A stretch of 64,000 nt of DNA, taken from contig JBBDRK010000052.1 of NCBI GenBank assembly GCA_040905465.1, positions 25,484 to 89,483 of the forward strand, given 5' to 3'. The notes beneath the pieces are model-generated. The model saw only the letters and a list, made by a program, of their open reading frames with translations. It did not search any database and had not been told where the DNA came from. Source of the stretch: Trueperaceae bacterium (GTDB lineage: Bacteria > Deinococcota > Deinococci > Deinococcales > Trueperaceae). Of this stretch, positions 51,239-60,829 are shown one piece after another (the first letter of the stretch is position 1; each line of letters starts with the position of its first letter). The position numbers and the translations under genes were made by a program.

Positions 51239-51844
51239 TTGTCTGATCTACCCCAGCCTGCCACTGCCCGTGGTGAGGCCACGCGCCGCAAGTTGCTCGA
51301 CGCGGCGGAGCTGGAGTTCGGAGAGCGTGGGTTTCATGCCGCGTCGATTTCCAGCATCACCGGACGTGCAGGAGTAGCTCAAGGCACCTTCTACCTCTAC
51401 TTCCCCTCCAAGGAGGAGATCCTGCGCGAGCTGGTCCGCTATATGGGCCGGGAACTGCGCCGATCGCTGAGCGAGGCTACGAGTTCCTGCCACGACCGAA
51501 TGGAGGTCGAGCGCAAGGGGCTTCAGGCGTTCGTGGAGTTCAGCCTGGCGCACGAGAACCTCTACCGGGTCGTCATGCAGTCGCAGTTCGTGGACGAAGG
51601 CGTTTACCGCGAGTACTACCGGACTCTCGCCGACGGCTACAGCCAGGGCCTCGCCAGGGCCCACGACGCCGGTGAGATTCGGTCCGGGGATGCCGAAGCA
51701 CAGGCCTGGGCGCTAATGGGGATAGCCCACTTCCTCGGCCTCCGCTACGCGATCTGGGAGAAGCGCGAGCCTCCGCCCGAGGCGATGGAGACCCTCTTCG
51801 ACCTGATAGCAGTCGGGCTTGCGCCGAGGGACGAAAACACGTGA
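51239..51844 (+). CDS. TetR/AcrR family transcriptional regulator
   Basis: TRRKLL.AA...F...GF..ASI..IT..AGVAQGTFYLYFPSKE. TTG start after GGAGG (alternative ATG at 51203). Confidence 0.93.
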   Translation: MSDLPQPATARGEATRRKLLDAAELEFGERGFHAASISSITGRAGVAQGTFYLYFPSKEEILRELVRYMGRELRRSLSEATSSCHDRMEVERKGLQAFVEFSLAHENLYRVVMQSQFVDEGVYREYYRTLADGYSQGLARAHDAGEIRSGDAEAQAWALMGIAHFLGLRYAIWEKREPPPEAMETLFDLIAVGLAPRDENT

Positions 51845-52851
51845 TCGGCATGACCGGCATCGGCGTCTACCTGCCGAAGGAACGCATCGACGCCGGCGAA
51901 ATCGCCGCTGCAAGCGGCCTACCCGAGTGGGTGGTGCGCGAAAAACTGGGAGTCCAGGGCAAGCCCCGGCCGGGACCGGAAGACCATCCCACCCAGATGG
52001 GCGTCTGGGCGGCACAGGACGCGCTCGAGCAGGCCGGGATCGCAGCGTCGGAGGTAGACGTCGTTATCTCCATCACCGAGGAGTACAAGGAGTACCCGGT
52101 CTGGACCGCCGGCATCAAGCTCGCCTTCGATCTGGGAGCCGACCGCGCCTACGCCTACGATCTCGGACAGAAGTGCGGCAGCGGCGTGCTTGCCCTCAAG
52201 CAGGCCCGCGACCTGATCCGGGCCGACGACAGCGTGAACACGGTGCTGGTGGCCGGCGGTTACCGGAACGGCGACCTCATCGACTTCGAGGACCCCAATG
52301 TCCGCTTCATGTACAACCTCGGGGCCGGCGGCGCTGCGGCGGTGGTGCAACGGGACGCAACGCGCAACGAGGTGCTGGAAGCGGCCATTCGTACCGACGG
52401 TTCGTTCTCGCTCGACGTGCTGGTGCCGGTGGGGGGAACCAAGGAACCGCTCACGCGCGAGAACGTTGACCGCTTCCGGCTGCAGGTCGGCGATCCCAAG
52501 GGAATGAAGGAGCGCCTGGAACAGGCCTCGCTCGACAACTTCGTGGCGGTGGTACGTCAGGCGGTGACCCGCTCCGGCGCGAGCCTCGGCGATGTCTCCT
52601 ATCTGGCTGCGTTGCACGTGAAGCGAAGCGCTCACGAGTATCTGCTGAGCGAGCTCGGCCTCGGCCGGGAACAGTCGATCTACCTGGAGGAGTTCGGCCA
52701 CCTCGGTCAGGTAGATCAGTTCCTGAGCCTGCAACTGGCGCAACGGCAGGGCAAGCTCAGGCCGGGCGACCTGGTGGTGCTGGTAGCCGCCGGAGTCGGC
52801 TACGTCTGGAACGCCCTGTGCCTGCGCTGGGGCGAGACGGAGCAGCAGTGA
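51841..52851 (+). CDS. FabH-like (KAS III/thiolase-fold) condensing enzyme
   Basis: IG.YLP, QKCGSG catalytic Cys, GAGGAA, LHVK His, FGHLG (His in place of Asn), AAGVG.VW. Confidence 0.87.
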   Translation: MIGMTGIGVYLPKERIDAGEIAAASGLPEWVVREKLGVQGKPRPGPEDHPTQMGVWAAQDALEQAGIAASEVDVVISITEEYKEYPVWTAGIKLAFDLGADRAYAYDLGQKCGSGVLALKQARDLIRADDSVNTVLVAGGYRNGDLIDFEDPNVRFMYNLGAGGAAAVVQRDATRNEVLEAAIRTDGSFSLDVLVPVGGTKEPLTRENVDRFRLQVGDPKGMKERLEQASLDNFVAVVRQAVTRSGASLGDVSYLAALHVKRSAHEYLLSELGLGREQSIYLEEFGHLGQVDQFLSLQLAQRQGKLRPGDLVVLVAAGVGYVWNALCLRWGETEQQ

Positions 52852-54347
52852 TCGTCGATCTGGCCCACAAGCGTGCGCAGCTCGCCCCGCGCCGGCCAGC
52901 CGTACGGTTCGACGGCCGCTGGCACGACTACGGCGAACTCGATCTGCGGGCCGGCCGGCTGGCCGGCCGGTTGGCCGAAGCCGGCTTGGCCAAGGGCGAT
53001 CGCGTGGCGATACTCGCCCACAATCACATAGCCCACATCGACCTGCTACTGGCCACGGCCAAGCTCGGCGTCATCTACACGCCATTCAACCACCGCCTCG
53101 TCGAGCGCGAACAAGCCGCCCTGGCCGCTTATGTCAGGCCCGCGCTGCTGCTCTACGACGAGCCGAACGGCGGGAAAGCGCGTGCCGTCGCCTCCGGCCA
53201 CCCCATGCCGCTGCGCTCGCTGACGGCGCACGAGGAGTGGCTCGACTCTTCGCCGGGACCGCCCTCCGTTACCGAACTGGATCCCGAGGACACGCAGATG
53301 ATCCTGTTCACGGGCGGCACCACCGGAACGCCCAAAGGAGCGATGCTCCCTTACCGGCAAGGCTTATGCAACGCGGCAAACACGGTGTTCTCCTGGGGAC
53401 TGCGCGAAGACGACTGCGTGATCCAGGCGACCCCATGCTTTCACGCCGCCCTGAACGCATTCACCGTTCCGCTGCTCTTCCTGGGCGCCCGGGTGGTGCT
53501 GCAGGAAACGTTCGATCCCGGCGAATACCTGGGCCTGGTCGAGGCGCAGGGGGCGACGGTGCTCTTCATGGTTCCGACGATGTACCAGATGCTGATCGGC
53601 CATTCGGCCTTCTCCGAGGCCGATCTGTCGACCGTCCGCTGGGCCATATCAGGCGGGGCGCCCTGCCCGGAGCCGGTGCGGGCCGCCTTCGACGAGCGCG
53701 GAATCCGTTTCCGCCAAGGGTACGGCCTCACCGAAGCCGGGGTGAACTGCTTCGCCATAGACCTGGACGACGCAGCCGAGAACCCCCTGTCGGTCGGTCA
53801 TCCCATCTTCGACTCGGAAGCGGTGATCCGCGACAGCGAAGGCGAACCGGTGCCGCCAGGCGAGGTCGGCGAGCTCACGCTACGCGGAGGCCATCTGTTC
53901 AGCGGCTACTTCGAGAAACCCGCCGCTACCGCCGAGGTACTGCGTAACGGCTGGCTCTGGACCGGCGACCTCGCCCGGCAGGACGACGCTGGACGCTTCT
54001 ACCTGGTAGGGCGGCGCAAGGAGATGTTCATATCGGGCGGCGAGAACGTCTTCCCCGCTGAGATCGAGAACGTGCTCTACTCGCACCCCGCCGTGTCCGA
54101 ATGCACCGTGCTGGCAGTGTCGGACGACCGCTGGGGCGAGGTCGGCCTCGCCGCCATAGTGCTCAGGCAGCAGCACCGGTTGAGCACGGAGGAGGCCGAA
54201 GCCTTCCTGCGGTCCCGGTTGGCCGGCTACAAGGTCCCGAAGCACATCCATTTCCTCGAGGCGTTGCCCAAGAGCGGGGCGGGCAAGATCCTCAAGCAGG
54301 AGATCGCCCGTTGGTTCCTGGAGGGAGGACAGAGTGCCGCGTCTTGA
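52848..54347 (+). CDS. Acyl-CoA synthetase (AMP-binding)
   Basis: FTGGTTGTPKG, GYGLTE, TGDL, GRRKEMFISGGENV, GKILK. Confidence 0.93.
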   Translation: MIVDLAHKRAQLAPRRPAVRFDGRWHDYGELDLRAGRLAGRLAEAGLAKGDRVAILAHNHIAHIDLLLATAKLGVIYTPFNHRLVEREQAALAAYVRPALLLYDEPNGGKARAVASGHPMPLRSLTAHEEWLDSSPGPPSVTELDPEDTQMILFTGGTTGTPKGAMLPYRQGLCNAANTVFSWGLREDDCVIQATPCFHAALNAFTVPLLFLGARVVLQETFDPGEYLGLVEAQGATVLFMVPTMYQMLIGHSAFSEADLSTVRWAISGGAPCPEPVRAAFDERGIRFRQGYGLTEAGVNCFAIDLDDAAENPLSVGHPIFDSEAVIRDSEGEPVPPGEVGELTLRGGHLFSGYFEKPAATAEVLRNGWLWTGDLARQDDAGRFYLVGRRKEMFISGGENVFPAEIENVLYSHPAVSECTVLAVSDDRWGEVGLAAIVLRQQHRLSTEEAEAFLRSRLAGYKVPKHIHFLEALPKSGAGKILKQEIARWFLEGGQSAAS

Positions 54348-55182
54348 AGTCGCCGCCAGCGTCGAACTCCATTATCGGTTGGCGGGCGTTGCCTCCGAGG
54401 AGGCAGTTGTCTTCATCAACGGGCTGACGATGGACAGTTCGGCATGGCGTGAGGTCGAAGCGGAGTTCGTCGACGGCTTCGCGACCGTGCGTTACGACTG
54501 CCGGGGCCAGGGCGAATCGGACAAGCCGGCCGGCCCCTATAGTCCACGGCAGCACGCCAGCGACCTCATCGTCCTGCTCGACGCGCTCGAGCTGGAGCGC
54601 GTCCACCTGGTGGGCCTCAGCAACGGCGGACTGATCTCGCTCATCGCCGCCGGCGAGCTGGCGACCTCTGCGCCGGACCGCATCCTCAGCGTCACTACCA
54701 TCGACTCGTTCGCCCGGGTGGACACCATGCTCCGCACCGTCCTGAAGTCGTGGAGAGCCGCCCTCGACAGCGGAGGAGCGGCTCTGCGCTTCGACGTGGC
54801 CACACCCTGGGTATGGGGCCACTCCTTCCTGAGCGAACATGCCACCGAACTGGCCGGTTTTCGAGAGGTGGCAGCCCAGGCCGACCGCGAGGCGATCGGC
54901 TATCTGATCGACGGCCTGGCCGACTCGGCGGACGAGCGCGAGAGCCTGCGGGCCTACCGGGGCCCGCTCCTCGCTGTAGTCGGCGAGGAGGACCTACTCA
55001 CCCCGCTTCGTTACAGCCACGAGATCCTCGAATGGGCCCGGCACGGGACGCTCGTAACCGTCGGCAAAGCGGGACATGCCGCTCCGGTGGAGCGCCCGGA
55101 GGCGGTGGCGCCGCTGGTACGGAACTTCATCAGGGAACGGCAAGCGCTCCCGGCGCAAGCCGAACGTGAACGTGATGAATAG
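54334..55182 (+). CDS. Alpha/beta hydrolase (PcaD enol-lactonase-like)
   Basis: FINGL, YDCRGQGES, GLSNGG, GEED, AGH. Confidence 0.87.
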   Translation: MPRLEVAASVELHYRLAGVASEEAVVFINGLTMDSSAWREVEAEFVDGFATVRYDCRGQGESDKPAGPYSPRQHASDLIVLLDALELERVHLVGLSNGGLISLIAAGELATSAPDRILSVTTIDSFARVDTMLRTVLKSWRAALDSGGAALRFDVATPWVWGHSFLSEHATELAGFREVAAQADREAIGYLIDGLADSADERESLRAYRGPLLAVVGEEDLLTPLRYSHEILEWARHGTLVTVGKAGHAAPVERPEAVAPLVRNFIRERQALPAQAERERDE

Positions 55183-56002
55183 CGGCGCCTCACGAAACGC
55201 CCAAGCGGACGCCCGGCAGGAGCGAGAGCATGTGCTCAGGGCACACGTGAACGGCGTGTCGATCGCTTACCAGGAGGCCGGCGCCGGGCGCCCTCTGGTC
55301 TGCGTCCACGGCAACTTCGCCAGCAAGCGGTGGTTCACCGAACAGCTCCGAAGTCCGCCCCCCGGTTGGCGCGTCATAGCCCTCGACCTGCCGAACTTCG
55401 CTCAGTCCGATCCGTCGCCCGAGCCGATCCGCGTCGAGACATACGCCCACTACCTCAACGGCTTCCTCGAGAAGCTGGTCATCTCGGCGCCGGTGCTGCT
55501 GGGTCACTCTTTCGGGGGAGCGGTCGTGCAACAGCACGCAGCGGACCGACCCGCTGCGGCGGCCGGCCTGGTGCTGCTCGCTTCCGCTCCGCCCGGCGGG
55601 CTGAAAACGCCGGAGGACCGCTATCCCCTGCTCGAGTCCCTCGGCCGCAGCCGCGAGTCGATGGAGCAGGCGATTGCGTCGACCATGCCTTCCCGGAAAC
55701 CGGACTACTTCGTCCAACTCGTCGAAGAAGCTCTCCTGATGGATCCGGCTGCTTTCAGCGGCAACGCCCGGGCGCTGGAACGGCACGACCTGACCGCCGC
55801 ACTGTCTTCGGTGACCTGCCCCGTCCTGGTCGTTCGCGGCGAACTCGACTTCCTCATCTCCACTGCCGCGGCCGAGGAGACGGCCCGCGCATTCCCCAAC
55901 GCCGGGCTCGAGAACCTCGAGGGCATCGGCCACTCTCCGCAGCTCGAGGATCCCGACAGATTCAACGCCCTCGTCTCACGCTTTCTGGGGGGCCTGCCAT
56001 GA
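55175..56002 (+). CDS. Alpha/beta hydrolase
   Basis: VHGN, ALDLP, GHSFGG, GELD, GHSP. Confidence 0.88.
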   Translation: MNSGASRNAQADARQEREHVLRAHVNGVSIAYQEAGAGRPLVCVHGNFASKRWFTEQLRSPPPGWRVIALDLPNFAQSDPSPEPIRVETYAHYLNGFLEKLVISAPVLLGHSFGGAVVQQHAADRPAAAAGLVLLASAPPGGLKTPEDRYPLLESLGRSRESMEQAIASTMPSRKPDYFVQLVEEALLMDPAAFSGNARALERHDLTAALSSVTCPVLVVRGELDFLISTAAAEETARAFPNAGLENLEGIGHSPQLEDPDRFNALVSRFLGGLP

Positions 56003-56083
56003 ATTAGGTCGCCGACAGTGAAGAGCCTTGACATTCCCCAAGCTCGATACCAAACGCAAACGGCTGTTTCCAAAGGAGAAAGC

Positions 56084-57274
56084 ATGAAAAGACTGCTGAC
56101 GCTCACCTTGATGCTCGCGCTAGGCCTGGCCCTGGCGCAGCCTGTAAAGATCGGAATCCTCAGCCCGCTCACGGGCGGCGCTGCGGGAACCGGACAGGCC
56201 CAGTTGGAGGGCTTCGAACTCGCCCTGCAGGAGATCAATGATGCTGGCGGCATCCTCGGCGAGCCGCTCGAGATAGTCGTCGAAGACACCAAGGCAGACG
56301 CCCAGACTGCGCTTGCCGCGTTCGAGAAGCTGATGACCGAAGACGAGGTCGGCTTCATCGCCGGCGGATATTCGTCCGGAGTCACTCTGGGACTCGTCGA
56401 ATCGTTCAAGACCTTCCAGCCGGTCGTCACCTGGATCGGCGGGGCGGTGTCCGGCGTCGGACTGGACGGCTTCGAGGGGATCGAGGAGACACTCGGCAGC
56501 GAAGAGTGGTTCTTCCACATCCACCCCTGGGACTACCACAACACCGCTGCTGCCAACGCGTTCATTGCTTCCGCCGACATAGAGACAGTCGCCATCCTGC
56601 ACGAGGACTCCGCCTTCGGCGGTCCAGGCGCGGCCACCGCCGCGAGGCTGCTCGAGGAGCAGGGCATCGAGGTCACCCTCAACGAAGCGTTCAAGTCCAC
56701 GCTTCTCGGCGGGACCGGTGACTTCCGCGCTGCCATCAGCAAGGCCAAGGCGACCGGTGCCGACATGCTCTACTGGATCGGCTACGACAGCGACGTCGTG
56801 CCCATGTCGTCGCAGATCCGCGAGCTCAACTACAACCCGGCGTACATCTTCGGCACCCCGCCAGGCTGGCCCAGCGGCTTCGCCGAAGCGTCGGAAGCGC
56901 AATGCGTCACCGGGCTCATCGGTTTCCTGCCCAATCTGCCCACCTCCGAGGCTCAAACCTTCAGCCGCGACTACCAGGCAATGCACGGCAAGGCGCCGGA
57001 AAACTACATGGCCGCCCTGGCCTACGCCCAGCTCTGGGCCTACGCCGACGCCATCAACAGCGCCGGCAGCACCGATCGTGAAGGTGTCATCGATGCGCTC
57101 GAACAGGGAACCTTCCGCTCCCCCGCGGGCGATTGGTCGTTCGGTCCCTCCGAGATAAGCCAACACCAGGGCTTCAGCGACGACCTGTGGCTGGTGTTCC
57201 AGTATCAGGACGGCGTGCGCGAGATCGTCTTCCCGTTGGAGCGCAGCACCGCGCCATTGCGCAGCTGCAACTAA
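56084..57274 (+). CDS. Liv-type (branched-chain amino acid family) ABC substrate-binding protein
   Basis: Signal peptide ALAQ, KIG..PLTG, EIN.AGG.LG, ED...FG. SD AAGGAG. Confidence 0.9.
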   Translation: MKRLLTLTLMLALGLALAQPVKIGILSPLTGGAAGTGQAQLEGFELALQEINDAGGILGEPLEIVVEDTKADAQTALAAFEKLMTEDEVGFIAGGYSSGVTLGLVESFKTFQPVVTWIGGAVSGVGLDGFEGIEETLGSEEWFFHIHPWDYHNTAAANAFIASADIETVAILHEDSAFGGPGAATAARLLEEQGIEVTLNEAFKSTLLGGTGDFRAAISKAKATGADMLYWIGYDSDVVPMSSQIRELNYNPAYIFGTPPGWPSGFAEASEAQCVTGLIGFLPNLPTSEAQTFSRDYQAMHGKAPENYMAALAYAQLWAYADAINSAGSTDREGVIDALEQGTFRSPAGDWSFGPSEISQHQGFSDDLWLVFQYQDGVREIVFPLERSTAPLRSCN

Positions 57275-57282
57275 GGGCTCCC

Positions 57283-57308
57283 CAGGGGCGCAGCGCGCTG
57301 CGCCCCTG
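57283..57308. repeat. Perfect 26-bp palindrome after the SBP gene
   Basis: CAGGGGCGCAGCG|CGCTGCGCCCCTG. Confidence 0.8.
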
Positions 57309-57318
57309 ACCCTTTCCC

Positions 57319-58185
57319 ATGGATCTGTCGCTACTCCTGCAAGGCATCGTCTCGGGCGTCCTCGCCTCGGGTCTATATGCACTGGTCTCGGTCGGCCTGG
57401 CGCTCGCCATAGGCGTGATCGGCATCATCAACTTCGCCCACGGCGAATTCTTCATGATCGGCGCCTTCCTCGCCTACCAGCTATTCGTCTCCTTCGGCGC
57501 CGATCCCGTGTTGTCCCTATTTTTCGTCGCTCCCGGGCTGTTCCTCATCGGCGCAGTGATCTACCGGTCCAGCATCCAGTACGTCCTCAAGGCGCCCGAG
57601 CTCAATCAGATGCTGCTCACCTTCGGGATCGGCATCATCCTGCAGAACCTGGCGCTGGTTATCTGGGGCGGGGACCCGGTTTCGATAAGCAACGTCCCCT
57701 ACCGTTCGGTCGGCTGGCAGATCGCAGGTGTCAGCGTGGGGGCAGTGCCGCTCTTCAGCTTCCTCATCTCGCTCGTCATCGTAGGCGGGCTCTATTACGT
57801 CCTGCTCAGAACACGGCTCGGCAGGGCGATGCGGGCGGTCGCCCAAAACCGCACGGGCGCGAGCCTGGTGGGACTGGAAGTAAACCGCATCTACCTGATC
57901 GCCTTCGCGCTCTCCGCGGCGCTGGCGGGACTCGGCGGGGTCATGATCGCCGTGATCCAGTCGCCTACCCCCACGGTAGGCTTCGCCTTCACGCTCAAGG
58001 CGTTCGCCATCGTCGTTCTCGCCGGACTGGGCAACATCCGCGGCATAGTGTGGGCCTCGCTGGCCGTCGCCCTATCCGAATCCCTGGTGGCCACCTTGGT
58101 TCCCGACGGCGACGTGCTGAGAAACGCCGTATTCTTCGCAATCATCTTCATAGTGCTGATCGCCAGAAGCCGGAGGGTAGCATGA
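57319..58185 (+). CDS. Liv-type ABC permease (LivH-like)
   Basis: INFAHGEF.M.GA, TRLGRAMRAVAQN, KAFAIVVLAGLG. Confidence 0.92.
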   Translation: MDLSLLLQGIVSGVLASGLYALVSVGLALAIGVIGIINFAHGEFFMIGAFLAYQLFVSFGADPVLSLFFVAPGLFLIGAVIYRSSIQYVLKAPELNQMLLTFGIGIILQNLALVIWGGDPVSISNVPYRSVGWQIAGVSVGAVPLFSFLISLVIVGGLYYVLLRTRLGRAMRAVAQNRTGASLVGLEVNRIYLIAFALSAALAGLGGVMIAVIQSPTPTVGFAFTLKAFAIVVLAGLGNIRGIVWASLAVALSESLVATLVPDGDVLRNAVFFAIIFIVLIARSRRVA

Positions 58186-59267
58186 CCTCCAACAGACGAA
58201 GTACCGAAAGAAGGCCCGCCCTCCAAGTACCCTTCGATCTCATCGCGGTGGCTGCAGCCGCGACGCTCCTGTACTTCGTGCCCGAGCTCCTCAAGCTCGT
58301 CTTCGACAAGGCCTCAGTGAGCTACCTCTCGCTGGTGACCAACGCCCTGACCCTGGCGATCCTGGCGCTCTCCTGGGACATCCTGGCGCGAACCGGACAG
58401 CTCTCGTTGGCCCACGCCGCCTTCTTCGGCGCCGGGGCTTACGCCACCGCGATTCTCGGCAAGCTCACCGGCTGGCCGTTGTGGCTGGGCATCCCGTTCG
58501 GCGGGGTCGTCGCGGTCGTGCTGGCGCTGCTGCTCGGCTCGGTGACACTGCGGTTGCGCGGCATCTATTTCGCCATAGCCACCCTCGCTTTCACCGAGGT
58601 CTTGCGGGCGGTCGTGCAGCAGCTTCCTACCGCTATTGCCGGGGGGTCCGCGGGGATCAACATCAGCCCGCTGTTCCGGCCCACGTTCGTGCCCGGCGAA
58701 ATGGACCGCTGGGAGATCGCCTTCACCCGCAACGAGCACTACTTCCTGGTCTACGCCGGCATCCTCCTGTTCACTATCCTGATAAGCATCTACCTGCAAC
58801 GCTCCCGGTTGCGGTCCGCATTCACCGCCATCCGAACCAATGAGGAGGTCGCGGCCGTCATGGGCGTCTACCCGGCGGGCCACAAGTTGCTGGCCTTCGC
58901 ACTGTCGAGCCTGGTGGTGGGCTTCCTGGGAGCGGTGCAGGCGCACCGCATCGGCTCGGTAAGTCCCGACTCGACGTTCGGCATCGGCACGACCGTCTTC
59001 GCCCTGGTAACCCCGATCTTCGGCGGGCTCTACACCACCCTCGGCCCGATCATCGGCGCCGGCGTGCTCGCGGGAGTCGAGGAGACCCTGAAACGGACCT
59101 TTCAGGAAGGCTATCTGATCGGCTACGGCCTCGTCCTGGTCCTGTCGATCCTCTTCATGCCGAGAGGAATCCTCGGAGTCATCAACGGACTCGTCAAGCG
59201 GCTTCGAGGCGAGGGTCCGCCAGCAGATCCCGATCATGAGCTACCCGGGGAGCGTGACTCCGAATGA
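58182..59267 (+). CDS. Liv-type ABC permease (LivM-like)
   Basis: GQLSLAHAAFFG.GAY, LRLRGIYFAIATL, AIRTNE. Confidence 0.92.
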   Translation: MTSNRRSTERRPALQVPFDLIAVAAAATLLYFVPELLKLVFDKASVSYLSLVTNALTLAILALSWDILARTGQLSLAHAAFFGAGAYATAILGKLTGWPLWLGIPFGGVVAVVLALLLGSVTLRLRGIYFAIATLAFTEVLRAVVQQLPTAIAGGSAGINISPLFRPTFVPGEMDRWEIAFTRNEHYFLVYAGILLFTILISIYLQRSRLRSAFTAIRTNEEVAAVMGVYPAGHKLLAFALSSLVVGFLGAVQAHRIGSVSPDSTFGIGTTVFALVTPIFGGLYTTLGPIIGAGVLAGVEETLKRTFQEGYLIGYGLVLVLSILFMPRGILGVINGLVKRLRGEGPPADPDHELPGERDSE

Positions 59268-60025
59268 GCATCCTGACCGTCCGAGGGCTCGGCAAGCGTT
59301 TCGGCGGGCTGGCCGCGGTCGACGACTTGAGTTTCGACGTGTCCCAGGGAGAGATCCTGGCCATCATCGGACCCAACGGCGCCGGCAAGACGACGACACT
59401 CAACCTCATCTCTGGCCTGCTCTCGCCTACGGCAGGGTCGCTCGGATTCAAGGGCAAGGAGATCGGCCGGCTCACTCCCGAACAACGCTGTCGCCTGGGT
59501 CTAGGCCGGGCCTTCCAGGTGGTGCAGCCCTTCCCCGAGATGACCGTGGCCGAGAACGTGCTGGTCGGAGCGCTCTTCGGCAAAGCCGGCGTGTCGGACG
59601 CCCAGGCTCGGCGGCTCAGCCGGGCCGCGCTCGAGCGTACCGGTCTCCTTCGCGTCCGCGACACGGCCGCCGAAGATCTCACCCTGCTGCAGGAGAAACG
59701 CCTTGAGATCGCCCGTGCGCTGGCCACGCAGCCGGACGTGCTGCTCCTGGACGAAGTCATGGCAGGCTTGCGCCCCAACGAGGCGAGGCAGGCGGTTGAG
59801 CTGGTCAGGAGCGTGCGGGACAGCGGCATCACCATCATCTTCATCGAACACGTAATGCCGGTGGTTCGCGACCTGGCCGATCGGGTGATAGTGATGGACC
59901 ACGGCCAGAAGATAGCGGAGGGGAGCTACCGAGAGGTGACCGGCGACCCGCAGGTCGTCGAAGCCTACCTGGGCCCGGACGATGAAATCGATTCACCGGA
60001 GGATGCACGCAATGCCGGAGTCTGA
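59264..60025 (+). CDS. Liv-type ABC ATPase (LivG-like)
   Basis: FGGL.AV, GPNGAGKT, LLLDE, IEH, V.EAYLG. Confidence 0.93.
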   Translation: MSILTVRGLGKRFGGLAAVDDLSFDVSQGEILAIIGPNGAGKTTTLNLISGLLSPTAGSLGFKGKEIGRLTPEQRCRLGLGRAFQVVQPFPEMTVAENVLVGALFGKAGVSDAQARRLSRAALERTGLLRVRDTAAEDLTLLQEKRLEIARALATQPDVLLLDEVMAGLRPNEARQAVELVRSVRDSGITIIFIEHVMPVVRDLADRVIVMDHGQKIAEGSYREVTGDPQVVEAYLGPDDEIDSPEDARNAGV

Positions 60026-60106
60026 GACATTGAGCGCAAGCGGCCGGAGCCTGTCGCGGGCTTCCGCCTTGAAAGCCGGCCGAGGGTCTTCCCGGCGAGG
60101 TCGACC

Positions 60107-60826
60107 GTGAGTCGCGCATCGCTGGCGGTCGAGTCCCTGAGCGCCGGCTACGGCAAGATCCAGGTCTTGTGGGGCGTCAGCGTGACGGTAGGTAAGGGCG
60201 AATTCGTCGCCATCATCGGAGCCAACGGCGCCGGCAAGACGACTCTGCTACGGGTGATCTCCGGGCTCATCCCCGCCTGGAGTGGAACGGTAACCGCCTT
60301 CGGCGAACCCCTCAAAGGCAAGAGCGCCGCAAGGATCGTCAGGCGCGGCATCGGCCACGTTCCCGAGGGCAGGCAGCTCTTCCCGTTGATGACGGTGCAG
60401 GAGAACCTGGAGAGCGGCGCGGACTACCTGCCGGCGGCGAAGAGAGAAGCCGGCAGTAGCCGGGCTTTCGTCTACGACCTGTTTCCCAGGCTCGCCGAGC
60501 GAAAGGACCAGCTCGCGGGCACTCTGTCCGGCGGCGAGAGGCAGATGGTCGCCATCGGCCGGGCACTGATGAGCAAACCCGGGATCCTGTTGGTAGACGA
60601 GCCGAGTCTGGGCCTGGCGCCTGCGCTGACGAAGACGGTGTTTGCCGCGCTGAAGTCCATCAACGAGGAAGGCGTCACGATAGTCCTGGTCGAACAGAAC
60701 GTCCGCCAGTCACTCAGGCTGGCGCACCGGGCCTACGTGCTGGAAAACGGCGCGGTCAGGAAAGAGGGTAGCGGTCAGGAGCTGCTGAACGACCCCGACG
60801 TACAAGCCGCCTACCTTTCGATGTGA
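60107..60826 (+). CDS. Liv-type ABC ATPase (LivF-like)
   Basis: GANGAGKT, VPEGR, LSGGERQM, DEPSLGLAP, VEQN. Confidence 0.93.
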   Translation: MSRASLAVESLSAGYGKIQVLWGVSVTVGKGEFVAIIGANGAGKTTLLRVISGLIPAWSGTVTAFGEPLKGKSAARIVRRGIGHVPEGRQLFPLMTVQENLESGADYLPAAKREAGSSRAFVYDLFPRLAERKDQLAGTLSGGERQMVAIGRALMSKPGILLVDEPSLGLAPALTKTVFAALKSINEEGVTIVLVEQNVRQSLRLAHRAYVLENGAVRKEGSGQELLNDPDVQAAYLSM

Positions 60827-60829
60827 GGA

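Noticed and set aside
50600-51291. Short ORFs in the AT-richer spacer, and the spacer as a replication origin
   Set aside because: The ORFs have atypical composition and no motifs. Only a weak DnaA-box-like TTTTCCACT was seen, with no dnaA/dnaN nearby.
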